DNA of 64,000 nt from an uncultured Gammaproteobacteria bacterium (GTDB taxonomy: Bacteria; Pseudomonadota; Gammaproteobacteria; GCA-001735895). Shown here piece after piece: positions 1 to 8,988 of this stretch; position 1 is the stretch's first letter, and each line of letters opens with the position of its first letter. The notes beneath the pieces were generated by a model. The model saw only the letters and a program-made list of their open reading frames with translations. It was not told where the DNA came from and did no database searches. The stretch is from assembly GCA_963768295.1 (NCBI GenBank), contig CAVYHN010000032.1, forward strand, positions 246 through 64,245. The letters run 5' to 3'. A program made the translations under genes and the position numbers.

Positions 1-1671
1 AATGTCGTCAGGCCCTGTATCGATCCCTACTTGGATAATAATCCAGTAGAAAAGTCACCCCCTTACTCGATCTGGATTTACGATAGGAACGGCGATAGTC
101 AGAAACCCCTCGTGCTGGCGGAAGCGGGCAGGGTCATCACCGAAGCGATTGCGCTCGAGAATCGAACCCGGGCGCCGGTTATTTTCGACAAGAGTCTGCT
201 TGGCGAGCTCGATACCGGCTGGGAAGGCGAAGTCCTTGGCGTGGTCAATATCAAAAGCGTTTACGACATCGGTGACGGCACGTTTAACGGTTGTTACTTT
301 ACCGAATGCACCTCGGCCCCCGGCATTACTACGGTGCAGGATTTTGCCGACCCGATGAATTCCGCCGCAGCCGATCGTCCGGCGCGCTTCGTGCGTTTTA
401 TCAAGGCGGTCGGCATTCCTGATCCAGACGACCCGACGTTGGTCAATCCGCCTGATCTCGATAACAATGCTTTTGGGCCACAGCGCAACCGTGGTATGCG
501 GGATATCGTCGGCTACGCACCGGTCGAGCCCGATGGCTCGGTCAAGGTCAAGGTCCCGGCCTTTGTGCCGTTAGCGATCGAGGTGCTTGACGCTGAAGGC
601 CGCCGAATCGGGCCGCGGCATGATAACTGGTTCCAGGTGCAGGCCGGAGATATGTTGACCTGCGTCGGCTGTCACGATCCCGTCAATGGCGGCAGCCCAC
701 CCGAAATTCATGCGCGCAGCGACGGCGAGGCGCCGTCGATCAATAGCGGCCTGCCGGCGGGTGGAATATTCGACAATACCCTGATTCCTGGCTCGATGCC
801 GCCCAGTCCTTACATGGGTACTCCCGGGGAAACCATGGCCGAAGTGCGTTTCGACACCGTTGCGGTTGCCAGTCAACCGAAGCTCAGCGCCGATTTGATT
901 TTCACGGATAACTGGACCGATCCCGGAATAAGCACTCAAGACCCTGATATCGCCCATCTTTATGCCGATCTGAGTCCCAATATGTTGAGTCCGACTAATA
1001 CCTTTTGCCAGCCCAGCTGGTTATACAATTGCCGTGTGACGATCAATTATCCGCCGCATATCCATGCCATCTTCCAGCTCGATCGTGACTTTGATAGCGT
1101 CAACGGCCTAGTAGTGTACAGTGACCCGACTTTCGACGACATTACGCCGATGGCGCCGCTTAATCCGCTAAATAACGACCCGACCAACACGCCACTGGAG
1201 TTTGTGGCGGTGGCCGATGGCGTCGGCGACAATACCTGTATTAGTTGCCACACGACTCTCAACGGCACCCGCTTGCCCTATGGCCAGCTTGATTTGACCA
1301 CCGATCTCAACCAGGATCCGAACGATCGTTTCCGGTCTTTTCAGCAAATGTTTAACACCCGGCAGGGCCAGTTCTTTAACGCAGGCGCCATGCAACTCGA
1401 GCAGTTTACGGTGCCCGACGGCATGGGCGGCACCATTCCCGATCCTGCCGCGGCGATCAATCCGATCATGACCACGGCCGGCGCGCGTAACAGTTTCTTC
1501 ATCGAAAAGATGAGCGGCACCGAGCTTGACGCTGGACGCTCTTTACCCGTGGGCAGTGTCGATCATACGATCATGTTGACGGATGCCGAATTAAAGCTGA
1601 TTAGCGAATGGATCGATCTGGGCGCACAAAATTTTAACGATCCATTTGACCCGGACGCGCCACAAAACTAA
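1..1671 (+). CDS. Hydrazine synthase alpha (HZS_alpha) middle-domain-like protein with two c-type heme motifs; 5'-truncated by the window edge
   Basis: Frame is open from base 1 (NVVRPCIDPYLDNN...). GYAPVEPDGSVKVKVPAFVPLAIEVLDAEGRRIG...LTCVGCH resembles the HZS_alpha middle domain. CxxCH motifs: CVGCH (661-675) and CISCH (1237-1251). Confidence 0.75.
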   Translation, partial: NVVRPCIDPYLDNNPVEKSPPYSIWIYDRNGDSQKPLVLAEAGRVITEAIALENRTRAPVIFDKSLLGELDTGWEGEVLGVVNIKSVYDIGDGTFNGCYFTECTSAPGITTVQDFADPMNSAAADRPARFVRFIKAVGIPDPDDPTLVNPPDLDNNAFGPQRNRGMRDIVGYAPVEPDGSVKVKVPAFVPLAIEVLDAEGRRIGPRHDNWFQVQAGDMLTCVGCHDPVNGGSPPEIHARSDGEAPSINSGLPAGGIFDNTLIPGSMPPSPYMGTPGETMAEVRFDTVAVASQPKLSADLIFTDNWTDPGISTQDPDIAHLYADLSPNMLSPTNTFCQPSWLYNCRVTINYPPHIHAIFQLDRDFDSVNGLVVYSDPTFDDITPMAPLNPLNNDPTNTPLEFVAVADGVGDNTCISCHTTLNGTRLPYGQLDLTTDLNQDPNDRFRSFQQMFNTRQGQFFNAGAMQLEQFTVPDGMGGTIPDPAAAINPIMTTAGARNSFFIEKMSGTELDAGRSLPVGSVDHTIMLTDAELKLISEWIDLGAQNFNDPFDPDAPQN

Positions 1672-1703
1672 ATTAGTGGCTGAATTCATACGGGAATAAA
1701 AAC

Positions 1704-2516
1704 TTGAGACGATTCAAGGGGATTCTTTTGCCCAGTCTGTACCTGTTGCTAGCCGCTACCTGCAGTAATGCAGCCTATGCGCAGACGGTAAAAGAGGATC
1801 CGTCGCTAGCGGTGGAGACGGTTGAAAAAAATAGCAAATACTATCGGGTCACCATCACCGATCCGTTTATCGAGCTCCATACCGGCCCAGGCGCAGGCTA
1901 CCCCATATTTTACGTGATCGATCGCGGCACCGAGGTCCAGGTTCTGCGGCGCAAGACCGACTGGTTCAAAATCGTCACCGACGATGGCAAGACCGGTTGG
2001 GCCAGTCGCAATCAGATGCGTCAGACCTTATTGCCGACGGGTGAACCGTTCAAGATCGTCGAGCTCGACCTGGAAGATTTCACGCAGCGTAACTGGGTAC
2101 TCGGGGTGACCGGGGGTGAGTTCGAATCGGCCCCGGTGTTTACTCTGTTCACCGCCTATTCGTTTACCGACAATCTCGCCGCAGAGTTGCATTTCGGCCA
2201 ATCGGTCGGCAGAAAGTCGAGCGCCAGGTTTCTGAAAGCGAATGCTGTCATGCAACCGTTGCCGGATTTGAAGTATTCTCCGTATATGACACTGGGATTG
2301 GGTAGAATAGAAGTCAGCCCGAGCGCGACCCTGATCGTGACCCAGGACGACAGCAACGATTTTGCCCAGTTTGGACTAGGTATACAGCGCTATATCACTC
2401 GCAGTTTTTTATTTCGACTCGAGTTCAATGAATACATTATTTTTTCGGCCAATAGCACCCGCAACGACAATGAGGAAGTAAACGAGTGGAAATTCGGTTT
2501 CGCAGTATTTTTCTAG
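1704..2516 (+). CDS. SH3-domain / outer-membrane beta-barrel fusion protein
   Basis: Signal peptide; bacterial SH3 pattern ELHTGPGAGYPI...VLRRKTDWFKI...GKTGW; amphipathic beta strands ending KFGFAVFF. Confidence 0.75.
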   Translation: MRRFKGILLPSLYLLLAATCSNAAYAQTVKEDPSLAVETVEKNSKYYRVTITDPFIELHTGPGAGYPIFYVIDRGTEVQVLRRKTDWFKIVTDDGKTGWASRNQMRQTLLPTGEPFKIVELDLEDFTQRNWVLGVTGGEFESAPVFTLFTAYSFTDNLAAELHFGQSVGRKSSARFLKANAVMQPLPDLKYSPYMTLGLGRIEVSPSATLIVTQDDSNDFAQFGLGIQRYITRSFLFRLEFNEYIIFSANSTRNDNEEVNEWKFGFAVFF

Positions 2517-3139
2517 CGTTTGCGCTTTTCGCCGCGAGCGCGCCGTTGACCGAGGTCCTGGCGCAAAGCGACGAGGAAGAACAAACTAATTTGATAGAAC
2601 CCCAGATCGAACGCACCGAGTTCGACGAATCACTGATCGACTCGGATGATTTCGAAATCGCGATCTACGGCGGTTACCTGGCGCTGGAAGACTTCGATAC
2701 CAACATCGTGGTCGGGGTTAAGCTCGGCTATCACATTTCGGAAGATTTCTTCGTCCAGGCTTCCTACGGTACCAGTGAAGCCGGGGAAACCAGTTTCGAA
2801 AGACTAAGCGGCGGCGCGCCGCTGTTGTCCGATGACGAACGCTCGGCCGAGTACTATCTCGTCACTCTGGGATTCAATCTGTTCCCAGGGGAGGCATTTG
2901 TCACCGATTCGACTACATTTAATACAGTGTTTTACCTGTCCGCCGGCGTTGGCACCACGACCTTCGCGGGCGACGATCGTTTTACCATCGCTTATGGCGT
3001 TGGCCACCGCACCCTGTTTGCAGACGGTTTCAGTCTGGATATCGAGATGCGGGATTTAATTTTTGAACAGGATGTTTTTGGCGAAGAGGAATCCACCAAT
3101 AATCTGGAGTTCACGGTATCGCTAAACCTGTTTTTTTAA
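2486..3139 (+). CDS. Small outer-membrane beta-barrel domain protein
   Basis: Signal peptide, acidic N-terminus, alternating beta strands, C-terminal LEFTVSLNLFF; start overlaps the upstream gene. Confidence 0.75.
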   Translation: MEIRFRSIFLAFALFAASAPLTEVLAQSDEEEQTNLIEPQIERTEFDESLIDSDDFEIAIYGGYLALEDFDTNIVVGVKLGYHISEDFFVQASYGTSEAGETSFERLSGGAPLLSDDERSAEYYLVTLGFNLFPGEAFVTDSTTFNTVFYLSAGVGTTTFAGDDRFTIAYGVGHRTLFADGFSLDIEMRDLIFEQDVFGEEESTNNLEFTVSLNLFF

Positions 3140-3151
3140 AGGAGAAATAAT

Positions 3152-3664
3152 ATGAAGAGCAAATTATCACGATTCGGGTTGAGCCTGATACTGCTGTGTG
3201 CGGTGTCTTTTGCCGCCGTCGGTCCGGCCAGTGCCGCTACGGGCGGAGGACCGGCGCCAAACTTCACCCTGAAATCGCTGACGGGCAAGAATATGAAGCT
3301 TAGTGAATTGACCGGCAATGTCGTGTTGATTAATTTCTGGGCTTCCTGGTGTGGTCCCTGCCGCGAGGAAATGCCGCTGTTGAATGCTCTGCACAAAAAG
3401 TATGAAGCGCTGGGTTTTACCGTGCTCGGCGTCAACGTCGAAGAACAGGCCGATAACGCGCGCGGTTTCCTGAAAGACTTCCCGGTTGACTTTCCTGTAT
3501 TGCTGGACAGCAAGAATCAGGTCAGCAAACTTTATAGTGTGATCGCGATGCCGACCACGGTGGTGGTGGATCGTGATGGAAACATGCGGTTTCTACACAA
3601 GGGTTTTAAGTCCGGCGATGAGAAAAAATATCGTAAAATTGTGAAAAAGCTGGTGCGGGAGTAA
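3152..3664 (+). CDS. TlpA/ResA family thiol-disulfide reductase (exported thioredoxin)
   Basis: NFWASWCGPC motif, APNFTL, AMPTTVVVDRDG; AAGGAG Shine-Dalgarno upstream. Confidence 0.92.
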   Translation: MKSKLSRFGLSLILLCAVSFAAVGPASAATGGGPAPNFTLKSLTGKNMKLSELTGNVVLINFWASWCGPCREEMPLLNALHKKYEALGFTVLGVNVEEQADNARGFLKDFPVDFPVLLDSKNQVSKLYSVIAMPTTVVVDRDGNMRFLHKGFKSGDEKKYRKIVKKLVRE

Positions 3665-3665
3665 C

Positions 3666-3893
3666 GTGGTGCGACAGGCTCTGGTAATTCCCGCTTTAAT
3701 TGTAACCACGCTGCTTGGTGGTTGCGCCATCGAGCCCTGGGTCAAGCCCTACGAGCGCGCAAACCTGGCGGATCCAATCATGAATTTCAGTCGCGATCCG
3801 GTATCGTCGAGCTACCTGCACCACGTTTACGATTCACGTGAAGGTGCGCGCGGAGCGGGCATAGCTACCGGCGGCGGTTGCGGTTGCAACTAA
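3666..3893 (+). CDS. DUF4266-like small lipoprotein
   Basis: Lipobox LLGGC; VKPYER..LADPIM; C-terminal GGGCGCN, typical of this family. Confidence 0.85.
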   Translation: MVRQALVIPALIVTTLLGGCAIEPWVKPYERANLADPIMNFSRDPVSSSYLHHVYDSREGARGAGIATGGGCGCN

Positions 3894-3905
3894 AGGGAAC
3901 CTGAG

Positions 3906-5090
3906 TTGCTGGTTATTTTACGCAATAGCCTTTCGGCAATTGGTATCGATGGGTTAAAGATGACGGCTGCAATTCGTTGCGCCGTGCTGCTGGGCCTGTG
4001 GACAGTCACCGGGCTGGCCGGCGCGGCAGTGCTGCCGGAAGAACGCGCGGATCTGCTCTACCATAGCTATGACGGCGGTGGTGCCGAAATCTCTGGACCC
4101 TCTTTGCTGGTGCGCAAGAACCTCGGTGACAGCGTTTCGGTTGGCCTGAATCACTATCTCGACAACGTCACCAGTGCTTCGATCGACGTGTTGGTCAGCG
4201 CCAGCGAGTATACCGAGAATCGGGAAGAGAACAGTATCAACCTCGATTACCTGCGCCAGAAGACGACCATGAGTCTGGGTTACACGGTTAGCCAGGAGAG
4301 CGATTTTGACGCCAAAACGCTAAGCCTTGGAATCTCGCAGGACATGTTCGGTGACCTGACCACGATCAGCATGTCGTTTGCACTAGGCGATAACATCATC
4401 GGTAGAAATGGCGACGATGTATTCGAGGAAGAGGCCAAGGTTCGCAGTTACCGCTTTGGTGTATCCCAGATCATGACCAAGAACATGGTCATGGCGATTA
4501 CCTACGAAACGATCAGCGACGAGGGTTATCTCAATAATCCATACCGCCAGGTTCGATATCTCAATGGTGACGGGATTACCTACAGCTTCGAACCAGAAGT
4601 CTATCCGCAAACCCGAACCAGTACCGCGATTGCATTGCGAGCTAACTATTTCCTGCCGCAACGCGCCGCTATTCATGGTGGAGTGCGGGTATTTGACGAT
4701 ACCTGGGATATCGAGGGCACTACCTACGAGGTTGGTTATACGATGCCGTTCGGCGATGAATGGATATTCGAAGCTACCTATCGTTTTCATGATCAATCCA
4801 GCGCAGAGTTTTACAGTGATCTGTTTCCATTCCAGGAAGCCACGACTTTCCGCGCGCGTGATAAAGAGCTGAGCACGTTTACCAGTTCCACCGTTGGTCT
4901 CGGTGCGAGCTGGGAATTTGGGCGTTCCTGGAGCGCGATTGAACGCGGTAGCTTCAATCTGAACATCGACTGGATTAGTTTCGATTATGATGACTTTAGC
5001 GATCTGACGGAGTCGGCGCCGGCTGGTTCAGAATCGCCTTACAGTTTTGATGCCAGGGTTACCCGCTTTTTTACATCGATCTGGTTTTAG
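3906..5090 (+). CDS. DUF3570-like outer-membrane beta-barrel protein (true start may be the ATG near 3960)
   Basis: LPEERADLLYHSYDGGG, DNVTSAS and GYLNNPYR motifs; C-terminal SIWF; lies in the TlpA-DUF4266-DUF3570 arrangement. Confidence 0.8.
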   Translation: MLVILRNSLSAIGIDGLKMTAAIRCAVLLGLWTVTGLAGAAVLPEERADLLYHSYDGGGAEISGPSLLVRKNLGDSVSVGLNHYLDNVTSASIDVLVSASEYTENREENSINLDYLRQKTTMSLGYTVSQESDFDAKTLSLGISQDMFGDLTTISMSFALGDNIIGRNGDDVFEEEAKVRSYRFGVSQIMTKNMVMAITYETISDEGYLNNPYRQVRYLNGDGITYSFEPEVYPQTRTSTAIALRANYFLPQRAAIHGGVRVFDDTWDIEGTTYEVGYTMPFGDEWIFEATYRFHDQSSAEFYSDLFPFQEATTFRARDKELSTFTSSTVGLGASWEFGRSWSAIERGSFNLNIDWISFDYDDFSDLTESAPAGSESPYSFDARVTRFFTSIWF

Positions 5091-6633
5091 CCTGCTGGTG
5101 CTCTATTTTCTGATGCCGGCTTCGCTGCAGGCATCCGAAGTCGCTAACTGCGTGGCGCTTATCGGCGTCGATATCGAAACCAGCGAAATCCTTCCAGCGT
5201 CCGAATCGCAGGCCTTGATCGAGCCTTTCCTCGGCGCCTGCATCGACGTGGATTTAACCCATGACCTGCTGTCGGTAATTTCCGACCACCTTATCGAAAA
5301 CGGCTATGTCACCTCGCGTCCCTACCTGCTGGAGCAGGATATCAGCGATGGTCAGATCGAGATTCGAATCCTGGCCGGCAGCATAGAAAAAATTGTCGAT
5401 GCCGACAGCGGCGGCAGCAATGGCAAGATTGCAACCGCCTTTCTGTTCAATGACGCAATCCTCAACTTGCGCGAACTCGAAACCGCGCTGGAACAAATAG
5501 AGCGAGTTTCATCCATTACTGCCAACATCGAAATAAGACCCGGCGCTCGGCAGGGTGGTAGCATTGTCGCTATCAGGACGGTCGAATCAGATCCATTGAA
5601 ATTCGAACTGGGGGCTAATGCGCAGACGGATCTCGACGACCAGCTCAGTTTTTTGATGAGCTGGGATAACCCTCTGCATATCAACGACATACTGCAGTTT
5701 CGTCTGAATGACGGCGAGCTGCGCGAAACCTTCCAGAGCAACCGCAGCCGCGAGTTGACTTATTCTTTCCCGCTTGGCGGCTATCTGCTCGAGCTGAGCC
5801 ATAGCGATATTAATTTCAAGCAGCGCCTGCAGGGTAGCAACGGCAGTTTTCTGTCCGCAGGCGATACGCTGGCTGACAGCTTTCGCGTCAGTAAAATCGT
5901 TGCCCGCAACCAGGACAGTCGGGTGACGCTGGGGCTGGCACTCGAAATCAAGGATACGGATAATTTTTTTGAAGGCGAGGCGGTCGACGTGTCGAGCTAC
6001 AAGACTAGTCAAATACAACTTGAACTGCGGCATGACTGGTACCAACCCTGGGGGCGGCTAGGCATGCGGTATATATACCATCAGGGGCTGGATTCATTTG
6101 GGGCCAGGGACGATGACTATTTTACCCGCGCGGACGGATCCGAAAACGAGGCGCGCTTACAATTCGAAAAAGTCAGTATCGATAGCAGGGTTTCAGTTTA
6201 CCTCGACGGGCCGAGCTGGTATCTGGACCTGAACCTGCATTTGCAGTACAGCGACGATCTTCTTTTCGACAGCGATAAACTTAATCTGGGCAGCCCCTAT
6301 ACGGTACGCGGGTATTCTTCGGCGTTGAGCGGCAGCAATGCCTGGTATCTGCGAAGTGATATTACCTGGCAACTGGAATCTACTGCTAAGCCGTCAGCGG
6401 CGAAGCGGCTGACCAAATCGGTCGCTCTGTCGTTCGGCCTGGACTATGGCGAAGTTGAATGCGAGATCGATAACGCCGACGTCTGTGGAGAAATCTATGC
6501 TGCCGGTCTGGGCCTGGTGGTGTGGGACTCGAATTTCAGCGGGCGCCTGCTGTGGGGGCATCCGCTCAGGGAAATCGGTGATGGGATTGGGGACGAAGAT
6601 CGCTTCCTGCTCGATTTCCGCTGGGCGCTCTAA
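5047..6633 (+). CDS. ShlB/FhaC/HecB (TpsB) family two-partner secretion transporter; start uncertain
   Basis: POTRA pattern GYVTSRPYL..QDISDGQIEIRILAG; loop-6 motif TVRGY; C-terminal barrel strand FLLDFRWAL. Confidence 0.85.
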   Translation: MMPGLPAFLHRSGFSLLVLYFLMPASLQASEVANCVALIGVDIETSEILPASESQALIEPFLGACIDVDLTHDLLSVISDHLIENGYVTSRPYLLEQDISDGQIEIRILAGSIEKIVDADSGGSNGKIATAFLFNDAILNLRELETALEQIERVSSITANIEIRPGARQGGSIVAIRTVESDPLKFELGANAQTDLDDQLSFLMSWDNPLHINDILQFRLNDGELRETFQSNRSRELTYSFPLGGYLLELSHSDINFKQRLQGSNGSFLSAGDTLADSFRVSKIVARNQDSRVTLGLALEIKDTDNFFEGEAVDVSSYKTSQIQLELRHDWYQPWGRLGMRYIYHQGLDSFGARDDDYFTRADGSENEARLQFEKVSIDSRVSVYLDGPSWYLDLNLHLQYSDDLLFDSDKLNLGSPYTVRGYSSALSGSNAWYLRSDITWQLESTAKPSAAKRLTKSVALSFGLDYGEVECEIDNADVCGEIYAAGLGLVVWDSNFSGRLLWGHPLREIGDGIGDEDRFLLDFRWAL

Positions 6634-6641
6634 CGCCCGGC

Positions 6642-7937
6642 TCAAAGTTGTCGCTCGGTAATGTCTTCGCGTTGATCGAGTTGTTCGATTTCGTGCCTGG
6701 CGACAGCCTCGGCGTATTCGATCGAATCGGGCGCGATATATTCCGCAATCGGCGTGCCGATCGGGCCGGCGACCAGCATCGACTGATCCCTGACTGCAAC
6801 ACCCGCGCGTGATCCGATTCTGATCAGGGTGAAAAAGAATATGAGCGCGAACACGACCGCGATACCCCAGAAGTAAAATTCGATGCCGAGTAATTCCATG
6901 AAAAACGCGATCACGATGGGTCCTATCATGGCGCCGAAACCCGCCACCATGACGAGACTGCCGCTGGCGCCAACAATCTGGTGCGGCTCCAGGCGGTCAT
7001 TGGCATAGGCGATACAGATCGAATACATCGGTATTGCGGCGCCGCCCAGACCCACGATGACCAGGTAAAAAGCCAGGCTGCCTTTGACCATGACCACCGC
7101 CAGGATACAGCAGACAATCGAGACAAGCGACAGCCCCGCCATGACCACGCGCCGGCCGACCAGGTCCGAGATGTGACCAACCGGCCACTGAGCAACGAGG
7201 CTGCCGAGCAGAAAACAGGCCATGAACAGCGATATCGACTTCAAGTCCACCAGAACCTGGTTGGCGTAGATCGCACCCAGGCCGAAAATAGTGCCATGTG
7301 CCATCCCGGTCAGACAGTTGCCGATCGTGGCCAGCGGCGAAGCCCGGTACAGCTCGGCAACCGACATTTTCGACGAGGTACTGAAATTGGGCGCGGGTTT
7401 TGCGGTGAGCAGAATTGGAATCAGCCCGAAGGAGATGATGACCGAGATCAGAATGAACAGGTCGATGGCTTCGGGTTTGGCGATATTCAGCAGGAACTGA
7501 CCCGCGCCCATGCCGCCGGTTACGATCACCATGTAGACAGACAGGACCTTGCCGCGGGTTTCGTTACTGGCGCGATCGTTTAACCAGCTTTCGGTGACGA
7601 CATAGAATCCGGCGAAGCAGAGACCGGTTAAGACGCGCATCGCCATCCATAGCCACGGATCGATATAAACCCCGTGAAACAATATCGAAATCGATGCCAG
7701 CGAAGCCAGCGCCGAAAACACGCGGATGTGGCCGACTCGATTAACCAGCCAGGGTGCGAGCATCGAACCGATGAACATGCCGATAAAATAACCCGACATC
7801 ATGATCCCGGTGCTGAACGTCGAAAATCCCTCGATGCCGGCGCGCACGCCGAGCAAGGTACCCTGCAGGCCGTTGGCCAGCATCATGAAGCCTATGCCAA
7901 GCAGTATCGCCCAGGAGGCGCCGAGCTCTTTCCACAT
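6642..7937 (-). CDS. MFS transporter (YcaD-like)
   Basis: About 12 hydrophobic segments; RVGHIRVF and GHISDLVGRR motif A; ESWLN. Confidence 0.88.
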   Translation of the reverse strand: MWKELGASWAILLGIGFMMLANGLQGTLLGVRAGIEGFSTFSTGIMMSGYFIGMFIGSMLAPWLVNRVGHIRVFSALASLASISILFHGVYIDPWLWMAMRVLTGLCFAGFYVVTESWLNDRASNETRGKVLSVYMVIVTGGMGAGQFLLNIAKPEAIDLFILISVIISFGLIPILLTAKPAPNFSTSSKMSVAELYRASPLATIGNCLTGMAHGTIFGLGAIYANQVLVDLKSISLFMACFLLGSLVAQWPVGHISDLVGRRVVMAGLSLVSIVCCILAVVMVKGSLAFYLVIVGLGGAAIPMYSICIAYANDRLEPHQIVGASGSLVMVAGFGAMIGPIVIAFFMELLGIEFYFWGIAVVFALIFFFTLIRIGSRAGVAVRDQSMLVAGPIGTPIAEYIAPDSIEYAEAVARHEIEQLDQREDITERQL

Positions 7938-8016
7938 CGAATCGTTTTTCCGTGAAGTGAATGACTAGCAGTCAGTGTGCGCGGATTCTAGTAGAGCGCT
8001 GACAGCGCAGCAACGA

Positions 8017-8832
8017 CTAATTCAGTTCCGCGTAGCCGGCTTCAATGGCAAAGTTTTCAAGCTCGAGGATCGATTGATAATCGTCCAGGCCGACGCTTTC
8101 GAAACGCGCCAGGTGCAGCTTTTGCCTAAGCTCTGCGGGTAGCAGCGTCAAAGCCTGGTTGAGTGCGCTTACATAGCTTGCGCAAACTTGTGCTGAATAT
8201 TGCGACGTCGGCACGACCAGGGGGAGGCCGCCGGTTTGCTCGCTGTGGCCGATAACACGCAGTGCGGAAATCAGGGCGGGATTCTGGTCGGCGATCAACT
8301 GGTAAGTGACGCAGTCGATGGCCGCCAGCTGGGCCCGGTTTGACGCGACCGCCTCGACGCTGGCGAGATGACCTCCGCTGATCAGGACTTCCGAAAAATA
8401 ACCCGGCGTAGCGCCCAGCTTTGCCAGCGCATAGCGCAGCACGTTCATGCCGCTGTTCGAATCGCTGCTATTGATCGCGACGATTTTGCCACGGCATTGC
8501 TGCAGTGACTCGATTACTGAATCCGCGGGTACGATGAACTGGCTCGAATAGAATTTACCGCTAGCACCCGGCAGGTCGAAGCAGGGCAGGCAAAAAGGCT
8601 GGAGTGCGTCCCGTAATCGCGTCATCAATGGGTATCCACAGGTGTGACCAATTATCAGGTTGTCAGCGCGCAGAACTGATTCATCGCTGGCGAAAACCAG
8701 TTGCCGCGTTAATCCGCTACCCAGATCGAGCAAAGGATAAAATAGGTCAAAAAGCGCCTGCCAGGCATTTCGGATGTCGTCATTCGGTGCATACATGCCG
8801 CAGGCAATGAATCGGCCGGCATTCATGGCCAT
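8017..8832 (-). CDS. PhnD/SsuA/transferrin-family substrate-binding protein, no evident signal peptide
   Basis: HTCGYP, AINSSDSNSG, SGGHLASVEAVASNRAQLAAIDCVT motifs. Confidence 0.75.
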   Translation of the reverse strand: MAMNAGRFIACGMYAPNDDIRNAWQALFDLFYPLLDLGSGLTRQLVFASDESVLRADNLIIGHTCGYPLMTRLRDALQPFCLPCFDLPGASGKFYSSQFIVPADSVIESLQQCRGKIVAINSSDSNSGMNVLRYALAKLGATPGYFSEVLISGGHLASVEAVASNRAQLAAIDCVTYQLIADQNPALISALRVIGHSEQTGGLPLVVPTSQYSAQVCASYVSALNQALTLLPAELRQKLHLARFESVGLDDYQSILELENFAIEAGYAELN

Positions 8833-8933
8833 ACAAAGTATCCCGGGAATAACTTAAAAACCAGCTTCTTTTAATGCCTGGTTTGTTGATTTAAGTAAAC
8901 AAAAATGTTTTGAAAAAACTCTAGTGACATAGA

Positions 8934-8962
8934 TAGACAATTTTAAATACGTCAAATACTAT
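8934..8962 (+). promoter_or_regulatory. Putative sigma70 promoter of the mttB operon
   Basis: TAGACA (8934-8939), 17-nt spacer, TACTAT (8957-8962) in an AT-rich divergent intergenic region. Confidence 0.55.
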
Positions 8963-8988
8963 CGACGCTTGCCGCCGAGGAGCCGGTC

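Noticed and set aside
1-1671. Anammox hydrazine synthase
   Set aside because: Only the alpha middle-domain signature is visible. No beta/gamma subunit or HAO-like genes are present, and the context is gammaproteobacterial, where such domain homologues are widespread.
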